Source of the DNA: an uncultured Chloroflexia bacterium
GTDB lineage: Bacteria > Chloroflexota > Limnocylindria > Limnocylindrales > CSP1-4
Direction: 5' to 3'
Length of the DNA: 64,000 nt
Assembly: GCA_963699965.1 (NCBI GenBank)
Contig: CAVOVX010000006.1
Span: 159,315 to 223,314, forward strand
The notes under the pieces are model-generated. The model was not told the DNA's origin, did no database searches, and was given only the letters and a program-made list of their open reading frames with translations. Numbering within the stretch: position 1 is the first letter of the stretch; each line of letters starts with the position of its first letter. Positions 1 through 10,465 of the stretch are shown here, piece by piece. The translations under genes were made by a program, and so were the position numbers.

Positions 1-41
1 GACGCCTGGGCCGCCGGCGTGCCGGAGCTGTCTGGGTAGTC

Positions 42-83
42 CCGTCCGTTCCGTCCGTTCCGTCCGTTCCGTCCGTTCCGTCC
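42..83. repeat. 9-bp tandem repeat CCGTCCGTT, 4 full copies plus a partial copy
   Basis: Direct reading: ccgtccgtt at 42-50, 51-59, 60-68 and 69-77, then ccgtcc at 78-83. It sits just after a possible stop (tag at 37-39) of a gene that runs off the window. Confidence 0.9.
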
Positions 84-443
84 ACGAATATCACCAGCAC
101 TGCTATCAGACGGGCTGCGACGGGCTTCGCCTGGCTCTTGAGCGAATCGAACCGCGCTTGTCGCTCGCTTCAGCAACGGAGCTGATATCCGGGCCGACAG
201 AAGCGTCCGATCGCCGCCGGTCGCTTCTTCGTGAGCGGTCCCTAGCAATAGTGGTGATATCGGCGTCCGCAGGGTGGCCGACATCGACCCAGGCGCGGCT
301 CGCGGCTCGGTGTACAGGGCACCAAGGCACGCGCGGCTCGAGGTCGACGCTCGCGGCGCGGGCGGCGCGCAGCACAAGCGTTCACGCCCTGAGTGACCAG
401 TGGTGCGGCGGCTCGAAGCCGGAGCGTTCAGCCGACGAGACAG

Positions 444-1284
444 TCAGCTGGCGAGGCCGGCGAGGATCTCCGCCAGCTCGGCCGCATCGTGGGCCACGGC
501 CGTCGGGCGGTCATCGGGCGGCAGCGCGTCGAGATGGGCCTGGCTCGACACGCCGGTCAGCATGAGCACGCAGCGGGCGCCGACCGCCCGCGCAGCCGCG
601 AGGTCGGTCACGATCCCGTCACCGATCATCACGGCATCCCGCGGGTCGGCCCCGACCACGTGGCAGGCCTCCTGCAGCAGCAGTGGCTCCGGCTTTCCGA
701 TCGAGATCGGGATGACGCCGGTTGCGACCTCGATAGCGGCCACGATCGCGCCGGCGCCGGGCATCAGGCGGCGCTCGGTCGGATAGACCGCGTCTCAATT
801 CGTCGCGATGAACCTTGCCCCGGCCCGGACCGCGTCGGCGGTCGACCGCCAGCCGGCCGTAGGTGATGTCGGGATCGAGCCCGACGACCACGGCGTCCGG
901 TCGTCCCGCCGCCTCGAACCCGTCGATGCCCTCCTCCGCGACCCGCGCCGCGGCTTCGCCGGCCGCCACGACTTCGAAGCCGCAGTCGGTGAGCTCGCGC
1001 CGGAGTCCGGCGCCGCCGAGGGCCAGCACCAGCCGCGGTCGAAGGTCCTGCTCCGCGAGCCACAGCGCCGTCGCGCGCGGCGAGCTCACCACCCGCTCGA
1101 CGCTGACCGGCGCGCCCATCGCGGCCAGACGGTCGACGTAGTCGGCCCGGTAGTACATCGAGTTGTTCGTGACGTAGACGACGTCGTCACCGGCCGCGGC
1201 GCGGGCAGCCAGGACGGCCGCGACTCCAGGGACCGGGTCCGCACCGCGATAGACGACGCCGTCGAGGTCGACGAGGAGGAGCAT
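444..1284 (-). pseudogene. HAD-superfamily subfamily IIA hydrolase (NagD-like), disrupted by one frameshift and one in-frame TGA
   Basis: The N-terminal part is in ORF 619..1284 (MLLLVDLDGVVYRG...VYVTNNS). The C-terminal part is in ORF 444..764 (MPGAGAIVAAIEVATG...MIGDGIVTDL). My translation of the joining frame reads STADAVRAGARFIATN*DAVYPTERRLMPGAGA, with the TGA at 797..795 falling where this family has ATNRD. Confidence 0.8.
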
Positions 1285-1378
1285 CGGCGCATCGTACCGG
1301 CCATCGACCCGGGGCGACTGGGGGCGTACGATCCGGCCAGCGTCGGCCGGGGGCGGTCGCGAGGGAGGGTCAGCGCGG

Positions 1379-3023
1379 GTGACTGCGGGCTCCGGTGCCG
1401 CCGGAACGAACGGCTTCCTGTTCTGCGACCTGCGCGGCTACACGGCATTCGTCGAAGCCCGTGGCGACCAGGCGGCAGCCGATCTCCTCGCGACGTATCG
1501 CGCCCTCGTCCGGGCGGCGATCGCGACCCATGCCGGGGCGGAGATCAAGACCGAGGGCGACTCGGTCTACGTCGTCTTCCCGGCGGCCTCGGCGGCGGTC
1601 GAGGCGGGACTCGAGATCGTCGCCGCGGCAGCCGAGGCCTCGACCCGCGATGCCCCGATCCGGGTCGGGGTCGGGGTCCATGCCGGCGAGACGGTCGCCA
1701 CGACCGAGGGCCTGGTCGGGGGCGCGGTCAACATCGCCGCCCGGGTCTGCGCCAAGGCCCAGGCCGGCGAGGTCCTCGTCACCGACACCGTCCGGGCCCT
1801 GACGAGAACCTACCTCCCGTACCGCTACACGAGCCTTGGCACCCAGCAGCTCAAGGGGATCGCCGGGGGCATCCCGCTCTACCGGGTCGAGGCCGTGCCG
1901 TCGTCGGGCCGGGCCAGGCTGACCCGCCAGCTCGGAGCCAGACGGGGCCGCGTCATCGTGCTCGCCGGGCTCGTCATCGTCGCCCTCGTCGCAGCGACCG
2001 GCGTCTATGCCCTCAACCGGCCGCCGGACTGTCTGACGCCTCCCGGCCAGCACCAAGGACGTCGTGGCCAAGATCGATCCCGCCCGCAACTGCGTCGTGG
2101 CGGTCTATCCGGTTGGGCAGCGACCGGGGGCGATCGCTGTGTCAGCTGGGCTGGTGTGGATCGCGAACCTAGACGACCGCACGTTGACGTGGATCGACCG
2201 GCAGACGCTCCATTCGGGCGCAACGGCAGCCGGCGGGCTGCCCGTCGGACTCGCGACGGGGCCGGGTTCCGTCATGGCTCTGGACCTCGGCTTCAGACGC
2301 GGCCTCGTAGTGGGAAACGGAGGGTGGGAAACAGTAGTTCCCGACCTCGTTGCACAGATTTCGAACGACAAGAAGCGATGGATTTCGGCCCCGGCAAGGC
2401 TGCCTTCACCGGGTTTGCCGGGCACTGGCGATACAGACCTCTCCGGATATCAAGGCGTTGCATTCGTCGCCGATCACGGCTGGGTTACGGATTCCCTGAC
2501 CGGACGCGTGGTTAGGATCGATCTCGAAGGTCAGGTGGATACGGTCATCCAGGTAGAAGCACCGGTGCCCACGACCGTTACGGGTCACACGCCGACGTAT
2601 GGATCCACCGGGCTTGGCGCCATTGCCGCGGGGCGCGGCGCAGTGTGGGTCGCCAATGAATTGAAGCCCATCGTCTACGACCTGGAGGGCAATGCGGCGA
2701 CGGCACTCTCACTAGGGGGCGCGGCGGGCTCGGTGGCGCTCGATGTCACCGAAGACGCGATCTGGCTGGCTAGGAGCGACGGCCAGCTCACCCGGGTGAA
2801 TCCCGTTTCGAGATCCCCCACGACCTTTGATATCGGTGGCCATGCCACGGCCCTGGCCGTCGATGCGACGACAGTGTGGGCCGCTGACTTGCTGGGGAGC
2901 GCGGTCCGACGGGTCGATGCCGGGAACGGCACCGTCCTTGCCACGCTCAAGGTTGGCGGCCGCCCGGCAGGGGTAGCGATCGCCCCGGACGGCTCGGTCT
3001 GGGTCACGATCCAGGCACCATGA
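1379..3023 (+). pseudogene. Class III adenylate/guanylate cyclase domain - TM helix - beta-propeller ectodomain receptor, copy 1 (frameshifted)
   Basis: Cyclase motifs FLFCDLRGYTAF, KTEGDSVYVVF, GVHAGE and GGAVNIAARV are followed by the TM segment VIVLAGLVIVALVAATGVY. An extra G at about 2038 relative to copy 2 breaks the frame. The ectodomain continues in ORF 2064..3023. The stop overlaps the ATG of copy 2 (ATGA at 3020). Confidence 0.8.
1397..2113 (+). repeat. Tandem-duplication segment A (cyclase domain + TM), near-identical to 3038..3753
   Basis: By-eye base-by-base comparison shows one mismatch near the start (gga/ggc). I saw no differences through about 1965, and only scattered substitutions plus a 1-nt indel after that. 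The offset is 1641 then 1640 nt. Confidence 0.9.
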
Positions 3024-4678
3024 TGCAGAGCTCCGCTGCCGCCGGCACGAACGGCTTCCTGTTCTGCGACCTGCGCGGCTACACGGCATTCGTCGAAGCC
3101 CGTGGCGACCAGGCGGCAGCCGATCTCCTCGCGACGTATCGCGCCCTCGTCCGGGCGGCGATCGCGACCCATGCCGGGGCGGAGATCAAGACCGAGGGCG
3201 ACTCGGTCTACGTCGTCTTCCCGGCGGCCTCGGCGGCGGTCGAGGCGGGACTCGAGATCGTCGCCGCGGCAGCCGAGGCCTCGACCCGCGATGCCCCGAT
3301 CCGGGTCGGGGTCGGGGTCCATGCCGGCGAGACGGTCGCCACGACCGAGGGCCTGGTCGGGGGCGCGGTCAACATCGCCGCCCGGGTCTGCGCCAAGGCC
3401 CAGGCCGGCGAGGTCCTCGTCACCGACACCGTCCGGGCCCTGACGAGAACCTACCTCCCGTACCGCTACACGAGCCTTGGCACCCAGCAGCTCAAGGGGA
3501 TCGCCGGGGGCATCCCGCTCTACCGGGTCGAGGCCGTGCCGTCGTCGGGCCGGGCCAGGCTGACCCGCCAGCTCGGAGCCAGACGGGGCCGCGTCATCGT
3601 GCTCGCCGGGCTCGTCGTCGTCGCCCTCGTCGCGGCGACCGGCGTCTATGCCCTCAACCGGCCGCCGGACTGTCTGACCCTCCCGGCCTCGACCAAGGAT
3701 GTCGTGGCCAAGATCGATCCCGCCCGCAACTGCGTCGTGGCGGTCTATCAGGTTGGATACAGCCCCGGCCCAATGGTCAGTACGGCCGACGCGGTCTGGG
3801 TGGCGAACATCGACGATCAGACCGTATCGCGGATCGACCCTAAGACTGGCGAGGTCCGAACCACATCCGCTCGGGGAACGATCAGCGGCTTCTCAGCTGC
3901 CTCCGACGGAGTCTGGATTCTGGATGGACTCCAGGGACGGCTCACGAAGATCGCGTCGTCGGATGCACGATTGGCGGACACGCTGCTGCTCCCATCAACG
4001 CCTCCCTCGGTGGTCGGAGGCGTGAGCGGCGGAAGCTTGGGCGGGTCGGCCACCCCTCGAGACACGGCCTTCACGTACGGCGACCTCGCAGCTGGCGGTG
4101 GGAAGCTATGGGTCACAAGCAGGATGGAGGGCTCGGTTCTGAAGATCGACCCACGCCGCGAAGACGTTACGAATGCAGGCTACTTTGCGATCGAGCGGCT
4201 CAAGGTGGCGATCCCGCCCGAACCCGAGACGGGCTTCAACGGCGCACTAACCTACGCAGGAACGGGAGTCGGCCTCATCACGTTCGCCGACGGCGCGCTC
4301 TGGATCGCAGACATGAGCGATGCCGCCGTCTGGAGGAGCGAGGTCGGCACCAATCACGTCCAAATCGTCCCGGTCGCGGGCGAGCCCGTCACGACGAACG
4401 CCATCGCCGAGGCGTCGGGCGTGGTCTGGGTGCTGCACGGCGACGGATCGGTAAACATCGCGTCCGCGGTCGGCAGCCAGAGCAAGGTCGTCAATGTCGG
4501 AGCCGATCTCGTTGCCGGCGCGGCGGATTCAACGGGTCTGTGGGCCGCGGACGGAGCCGGAGCACTCCTGCGTATCGATCCGACCGGGGCCGTCCTTTCA
4601 AGACTTGGGCTACCGGGCCGCCCGTCTGGTGTCACGTTTGCTCGAGACGCAATCTGGGTCTCGATCCGGGGCCGTTGA
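3020..4678 (+). CDS. Class III adenylate/guanylate cyclase domain - TM - beta-propeller ectodomain receptor, copy 2 (intact)
   Basis: 552-aa ORF. The N-terminal 215 aa are essentially identical to copy 1. The ectodomain has repeated VWV/LWV/IWV strand motifs (AVWVANIDDQTVSRIDP, GKLWVTS, GALWIAD, GVVWVL, GLWAADG, AIWVSI) typical of YVTN/NHL-like propellers. Confidence 0.85.
   Translation: MMQSSAAAGTNGFLFCDLRGYTAFVEARGDQAAADLLATYRALVRAAIATHAGAEIKTEGDSVYVVFPAASAAVEAGLEIVAAAAEASTRDAPIRVGVGVHAGETVATTEGLVGGAVNIAARVCAKAQAGEVLVTDTVRALTRTYLPYRYTSLGTQQLKGIAGGIPLYRVEAVPSSGRARLTRQLGARRGRVIVLAGLVVVALVAATGVYALNRPPDCLTLPASTKDVVAKIDPARNCVVAVYQVGYSPGPMVSTADAVWVANIDDQTVSRIDPKTGEVRTTSARGTISGFSAASDGVWILDGLQGRLTKIASSDARLADTLLLPSTPPSVVGGVSGGSLGGSATPRDTAFTYGDLAAGGGKLWVTSRMEGSVLKIDPRREDVTNAGYFAIERLKVAIPPEPETGFNGALTYAGTGVGLITFADGALWIADMSDAAVWRSEVGTNHVQIVPVAGEPVTTNAIAEASGVVWVLHGDGSVNIASAVGSQSKVVNVGADLVAGAADSTGLWAADGAGALLRIDPTGAVLSRLGLPGRPSGVTFARDAIWVSIRGR
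3038..3753 (+). repeat. Tandem-duplication segment B, partner of 1397..2113
   Basis: Same comparison as for segment A. Shadow ORFs are also duplicated (for example 1567..1788 and 3208..3429 give the same 73-aa translation). Confidence 0.9.
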
Positions 4679-4707
4679 TGTCTCGCGGGTCTCAGTGACC
4701 CATCGAC

Positions 4708-5313
4708 GTGTCCCGACCGATCCCCTCGTCGGGCACCGAGCGGCTGCTCATCGATGGCTCGAACCTGCTCTACGCCCTGGGCCGGGGCAAGGGTGGGCCG
4801 GCGCCGGCGGCCACGCTCGTCGGTCGGCTCCGGGCGGTGATCCCGGCCGCGATCCGGATCGAGATCGTGTTCGACGGCCCGCCCGATCGGGGCCTGCACG
4901 GGACGCGGATCGCGTCCGGGCTGACGGTCCGCCACAGTGGCCGGTACAGCGCCGACAGCCTGATCGACCGTCTCGTGGCCGATGCTATCGGGACGGGCGG
5001 CACGCCCGACGCCGCCCATGCAGCGGGGACCGCGATCCTGGTGGTGACCAATGACATCGAGCTCGGCCGGTCGGTTCGTCGTCGCGGCGCCCGCACGGCC
5101 GGCGCCTCTTGGCTCACGCGGCGCTTCGACCGCCAGGTCCTGAGCGCACCGGCGATCGGCGTCAAGCGGCCGGCACGGGGCGCGGCGACGACCGGACAGG
5201 CTCAAGGCCAGGGCCACAGCCACAGCTCGGACGACGAGGATCGGCCACGCTGGCAACCCGGCCGCGGCGCCACCAAGAAGACCGGCAACCCGAAGCGCGG
5301 CCGGCCCGGCTGA
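4708..5313 (+). CDS. NYN/YacP-like (PIN-fold) domain protein with basic C-terminal tail
   Basis: LLIDGSNLLYAL...IEIVFDG...ILVVTNDIEL resembles the YacP/NYN layout. The C-terminus is KKTGNPKRGRPG. Assignment is by motif memory only. Confidence 0.5.
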   Translation: MSRPIPSSGTERLLIDGSNLLYALGRGKGGPAPAATLVGRLRAVIPAAIRIEIVFDGPPDRGLHGTRIASGLTVRHSGRYSADSLIDRLVADAIGTGGTPDAAHAAGTAILVVTNDIELGRSVRRRGARTAGASWLTRRFDRQVLSAPAIGVKRPARGAATTGQAQGQGHSHSSDDEDRPRWQPGRGATKKTGNPKRGRPG

Positions 5314-5366
5314 CCCTGCCGCGCCGCCCGCCCCGCCCGCCGTGCCGACCCGGCTAGAATGCCGCC

Positions 5367-5852
5367 GTGAGCATCATCGACCAGCTCAACCAGGCTTGGA
5401 ACCAGATCCTCGACTTCCTGAGCCAGCTGGTGATCCCGGACTGGGGTGCGCTCATCGGGCTCATCCCGTTGGCGCTGCTCGTCCTCCTGCTCGGACCCAT
5501 CCTCAGCCTGATGGCGCTGGGCTGGCTCATCTACATGATCCGCAAGCCGCGCGCGAAGCTGGCGATCGTCGAGGGTCCGTACGCCGCTCCGCTCGACCAG
5601 GCCGGCCAGCCGGTCTTCCCGACCGGCCAGCCGTATTGCGCCCGCGACGGGCTGATCTTCCCGAGCGGGCTCACGATCTGTACGAACTGCCACGAAGAGC
5701 TCGTGGTCACCTGCCCGAAGTGCGGGATCGGCCGCCAGGCACGGGTCCGGACGTGCGCGAACTGCGGGCTCATCCTCCAGATCGACAAGAAGGCCGAGAC
5801 CCGGGCGCTCCAGCCGGCGGGACCGCCGCCGGGTGGTGCCGCGGCCGCATGA
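5367..5852 (+). CDS. Membrane protein with C-terminal zinc-ribbon (CxxC x3)
   Basis: One hydrophobic helical hairpin (LIGLIPLALLVLLLGPILSLMALGWLIY) is followed by CTNC...CPKC...CANC. The stop overlaps the ccsA start (ATGA at 5849). Confidence 0.5.
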   Translation: MSIIDQLNQAWNQILDFLSQLVIPDWGALIGLIPLALLVLLLGPILSLMALGWLIYMIRKPRAKLAIVEGPYAAPLDQAGQPVFPTGQPYCARDGLIFPSGLTICTNCHEELVVTCPKCGIGRQARVRTCANCGLILQIDKKAETRALQPAGPPPGGAAAA

Positions 5853-6794
5853 TGGCGAGCGCGGGCCAGCTCCTGTTCTCGATCGGGGTCATCGTCGTGG
5901 CCCTGGCCTTCGCCGCCCACGTCGGCCATGCCGTCCTGCTGGCCAACGGCCGGCGAGCCCTGCCCCGGGTCGTGGTCCTCCCCGAGCCGGCCTTCGCCGG
6001 CGTCGTCAGCGGCTCGTTCGTCGATCGAACGACGAGCGGGGCCACGACCGTCGGCTCGGCGAGTGGCCAGCCGGCGAGCCCACTGTCGCGCAGCGCGCAC
6101 GTCCTCGGCCTCCTCGCCGTCGTCCTGCTCGGCCTGTCGCTCGTCGCCCGCGCCGTGGCGGTTGGTCGCGGTCCGTGGGGCAACATGTTCGAGTTCACGG
6201 TTGCCTTCGGGTTCACGATCCTGGCCGGCTACCTCGTCCTCGAGCGGCGCTACCCGATCCGCTCGATCGGCTTCCTGCCGTTCGGGGTCGCCCTCACGCT
6301 CCTGCTCTACGCGAGCAGCCTGCCGAGCGACGTGAAGCCGCTCGTCCCCGCCCTCCAGAACGCGCCGCTCCTGACGATCCACGTTGGCATGGCCACGATC
6401 GCCTACGGGATCTTCGCGACGAGCTTCGCGGCCGGCGTCGGCTACCTGGTCCAGGGGACGGCCGACCGGTTCAGCTGGCTGCCCTCGCACAAGGTCCTCG
6501 ACGAGGTGGCCTACCGGGCGGTCATCATCGGCTTCCCGATCTTCGCCACGATGATCATCCTCGGCTCGTGGTGGGCGTCGATCGCCTGGTCGCGCTACTG
6601 GGGCTGGGATCCGAAGGAGACCGCGGCGCTCGTGACCTGGCTCGTCTACGCGGTCTATCTCCACGCCCGGAACCAGAAGTCGTGGGCGGGCCGGCCGGCC
6701 GCGCTGCTTCTCGTCGATCGGGTTCGGGATGGTCCTCGTGACCTACTCGGGCAGCCTCTGGTTCAACGGCCTGCACGCGTACTCGGGGCTGTAG
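5849..6794 (+). pseudogene. ccsA: Cytochrome c biogenesis protein CcsA/ResC (heme export/handling), C-terminal frameshift
   Basis: Contains the W-rich heme-handling motif WASIAWSRYWGWDPKETAAL and multiple TM segments. After GRPAALLLV the conserved end IGFGMVLVTYSGSLWFNGLHAYSGL* is in the +1 frame (6717..6794). The uncorrected frame runs on as a shadow ORF to 7882. Confidence 0.85.
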
Positions 6795-9700
6795 CCGACT
6801 CCTCGGCCTGGCGCTCGTCCGAGCGTGGCAGGGCCGCCCGACTCGGTCGCGGCTTCGATCGCATCGAGCTGAGCAAGATACGCCCGGGCGCCGAGTCGTT
6901 CGTAGGTCTTTCGGGCGGCGGCAGCCGCGGCTTGCGCCTCCGGCCGGTCGATACCGACGAGCGCGGCGAACTCGAGCCGGGTGACGGCGGTCTCGAGCCC
7001 GTCGCCCATGTCGGCCAGTCGCTCGCACGCCGCGCCATAGCCGCTGACGGCCTCCTCGATGCGTCCCTCGAGCGCCGCGATCCCGGCATCGAGCGCATGT
7101 CGCTTCGCCTGGATCATCGGGTTGCTGCTCCCGGTCGCCTCGATCGTCGCCGCCGCACTCCGCGCCCGGTCCACGTCGCCGAGCCGAAGCGCCAGCCTCC
7201 CCGCCGCCGACGCCCGTTCAGCCTCGTCGACACCGCCGTCGCCGGTCAACGCGAGGCGGGCGAGGCGGGCGAGCCCGTCGGCGAACCTCCCGGCCGCGTA
7301 GTCCACCCAGGCCAGGGAGAGCACATGGCCAACGTGCTGCTGAACGTTCGTGATCTGAGCGAGATCGGCCTCGGCCCGGACGACGGCCGCCTCCAGCCCG
7401 GCCTGGTCGCCTTCCGACGCGGCGCGGTCCATGCGGACCCAGCTGAGCTCGAGATCGGTCGTGACCGGCAGGTCGTCGTCGTCGAGCTCCGTGAGCATCC
7501 GGTCGACGACGCCCCAGTCGCCCTGGAAGTGGGAGCTGACGATGATCCCGCCGGCGAACCCGACCATCGCGCCGCGATGGCCGATCCGTTTGGCAAGCTC
7601 GAGGCCTTCGGTGATCAGCTCGATCGAGGCCCGCGGGTCGCGAAATGCGAGAAGCACGATCGCGTTGTTCCGGGCGCGGAGCTCGATCGTCGCGAGACTG
7701 TAGACCCGTGCCAGGCGGACGGCACCGAGCAGGATGACGGTGCCCTCCTCCTCGCGGAAGCTCGAGACGCTCGTGCCCTTGGTGACGAGCGTGTCGAGCG
7801 TGATCGCCGTCTCCCCGAGCCGTTCCGAGATCCCGATCGCCCGGTCGGCCAGCTCGATCGCGCGCGCGATGCTCCCCATTGAGCATGTTGGCCCGGCTCA
7901 GCTGCGACGCGACCGCCGCGATTACCGGATCGGCCTGCGGATCGGCCCCTCGACTCGATCTCGGCGAGGATCGGCGTCAGAAGCTCGATGACCTCGACCG
8001 CCTGCCCTTCGAACAGCATCGCACTCGCCCGGTCGGCCGAGACCCTCGCCGCGCCGAGCCGGTCGCCCGCCGCCCGATGGCCCGCTGCCGCTTCCTCCAG
8101 GAGACGCGAGGCCTCCGGGCCGTGTCCGGCGAACGACGCCGCCTCGGCGGCGCGTTCGCGGAGCTGCGTCTGCTCGACCGGGTCCTCGGTGACCCCGAGC
8201 GCCTGGAGCAGGAACGCGAGCGCCTGGTCGAACGAGCGGAGCTGGCTCGCCCGATCGGCCGCACCGCGGAGCGCGACCCGAGCCTGGGCGGCGAGGGTCT
8301 CGGCCTCGGGCCCGGGGGTCGCGTTGCGATACGCGTCGAGATAGTGGCTGGCCAGGACGCCGGCGATCTCGTCGTCGCCGAGCGTCTCGAAGTACTGGGC
8401 CGCTGCGAGATGGCGAGCCCGGCGCTCGCGCTTCGCCAGCGTCCCGTAGGCGACCTCGCGGATCACCGCCTGCACGAAGAGGTACTGGCCCCGCTCGGGG
8501 GAGCGCGGATCGACCTCGACCCGGAGCAGCTCCCGGTTCACGAGCCCTCCCAGGCGACCGTCGACCTCGGCCTGGTCCATCCGCGAGAGCGTCGCCAGCG
8601 CGTCGGCGGTGAAGCTGAGCCCCAGGATCGAGGCATCCTGGAGCAGCGTCCGGTCCGTCGGGTCGAGCCCGTCGAGACGTGCCGCAACGAGCGCGTGGAG
8701 GGTCTCCGGGACCGACAGCCGGTCGAGCGCGCCGCGCACCGCGTAGACGTCGCCGTCGCGGACGAGGCGTTCGTCGGTCACGAGCATCCGGACGGTTTCG
8801 ACGGCGTACAGGGGGACCCCTTCGGCTCGAGCCAGGATCGCCCGGATCGCCGGCTCGGGCAGGCCCGGGACGAGCCCATTGAGGAGCGCCCGCATCGCAT
8901 CCGCGTCGAGTGGTTCCAGGTGGAGGCTCGTGAAGTTGCGCTGGCCGGCTCCCCAGTCGGGCCTCCGCTCGAGGATCTCCGGCCGGGACAGGGTGATGAC
9001 GAAGATCGGGTGGCTGCGCGACCACTGGAGGAGGTGGCCGATGAACTCGAACAGCCCGCTGTCGGCCCATTGGAGGTCCTCGAACACGAGGACGACCGTG
9101 CCGAGCGCCGAGATGCGCTCGAAGAACGTTCGCCACGCGGCGAACAGCTCCCCGGCGCTGCCTCGATCGCCGCCCGGATCCTCGCCCAACCCGAGCAGGG
9201 CCATGAGCCGGGGCTCGATCCACTGTCGTTCGGTGTCGTCCGGGACGTACTCGGCCAGCGCGGAGCGGAGCTTCTCGAGCGACTCGACCGGGTCATCGGT
9301 CTCGGCGATCCGCGCCCGCGCCCGGATCATCTCGCCGAGCGCCCAGAACGTGACGCCGTCGCCGACCGCCGGGGACCGGCCCTGATGCCAGTAGACCGGC
9401 TCGGTCAGCCCGTCGATGTACTTCTCGAACTCCCAGGCCAGGCGCGACTTGCCGATGCCGGCCGGCCCGACGATCGACACGACCCGGATCCGCGTCTCGC
9501 GCGACGTCGTGTGGAACAGGTCCTTGAGCAGGCGCAGCTCGTCGTCGCGACCGACGAACGGCGGCTCGAGCGCCTCGGACCTGCGGGCCCCGCCCCGGCC
9601 GGCCACGACCCGCAGCGCTCGCCAGGCACTGAGGGCGGCCCGGCCCTTCATCTCGACCTCACCGACCGACTCGAACGCGATCGCCCTCGAGGCCGCCCGG

Positions 9701-10440
9701 TGGGTCGCGTCGCCGACGAGCACCGAGCCAGCCTGGGCGGCCGACTGGAGACGGGACGCGGCGTTGACGAGGTCGCCGGCGACCATCGCCTGGCCGGCAT
9801 TCCCGACGGTAACCGCCGCCTCGCCGGTCAGGATCCCGACCCGCAGGGCCGGTGGCCCGTCGCGGCCCGGGAGCTGCGATACGGCGTCAACGAGCTCGAG
9901 GCCGGCCCGGACCGCCTGCTCGGCGTCGTCCTCGCGGGCGACCGGTGCGCCCCAGACCGCCATGACCGCGTCCCCGATGAACTTCTCGACGGTGCCGCCG
10001 TACCGCCCGATCACCTCGCGGGAGTGCTCGAAGTAGGCATCGAGGAAGGCTCTCGTGTCCTCCGGGTCGCGCGTCTCCGAGGCCGAGGTGAACCCGACGA
10101 GGTCGGCGAAGAGCACGCTCACCAGCCGCAGCTCGGGTGATGCCGCGGCGCCGGCCGTCGATAGCTGGCTCCCGGGCGCTGAGCCGGGAGGCTCGGCGGT
10201 GCCTTCGCCCGGGCCCGGGCCGGGAACGCCGGCGGTCACGGGTACGCCGGCGGCGCCCGCGCTCGTCGGGGTGCCGCATTCCGGGCAGAACCGGGCGCCG
10301 GCCGGGAGGGTCGCGCCGCATTCCGGGCAGGGCGCATCGAGCCGAGCGCCGCATTCCGGGCAGAACCGCTGGCCTGGCTGAACCTCGCTCCCGCAGCTGT
10401 GGCAGCGCATGTGCCCTCTCGGATCGTCGAGTGAGGCCAC
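6743..10440 (-). pseudogene. Double zinc-ribbon - class III cyclase domain - STAND/AAA ATPase - TPR-like repeat protein, two frameshifts near 7870 and 7948
   Basis: The N-terminus is CHSCGSEV..CPECG..CPECG..CPECG. The cyclase motifs are VSVLFADLVGFT, KFIGDAVMAVWG and VGILTGEA. The Walker A motif is VGPAGIGKSRL. The helical-repeat tail continues through LTPILAEIESRG / ADPQADPVIAAVASQLSRANMLNGEH / (M)GSIARAIELADRAIGISERLGE across three frames (ORFs 7615..10440, 7218..7886, 6743..7879). Confidence 0.85.
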
Positions 10441-10465
10441 AGCCTAGCGGAAGGTGACCACCACG

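Noticed and set aside
1-39. 3' end of a plus-strand gene (DAWAAGVPELSG*)
   Set aside because: Only 12 codons are visible with no recognisable motif. That is too little evidence to call a feature.
141-155. tRNA-like T-loop (GGTTCGATTC on the minus strand)
   Set aside because: The flanking bases do not form a 5-bp T-stem (cgcgg vs cgctc), and no acceptor or anticodon arms can be drawn.
795-797. TGA recoding (selenocysteine or reassigned stop) in the HAD hydrolase
   Set aside because: The position corresponds to a conserved Arg, not Cys/Sec. Many genes in the window terminate normally at TGA, and a frameshift lies right beside it. A nonsense mutation is the simpler explanation.
5342-7882. 846-aa ORF spanning ccsA and beyond
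   Set aside because: It is a composite. The first part is out of frame with the zinc-ribbon gene. The middle is ccsA. After the frameshift near 6716 it simply reads through the antisense strand of the TPR region of the STAND-cyclase gene.
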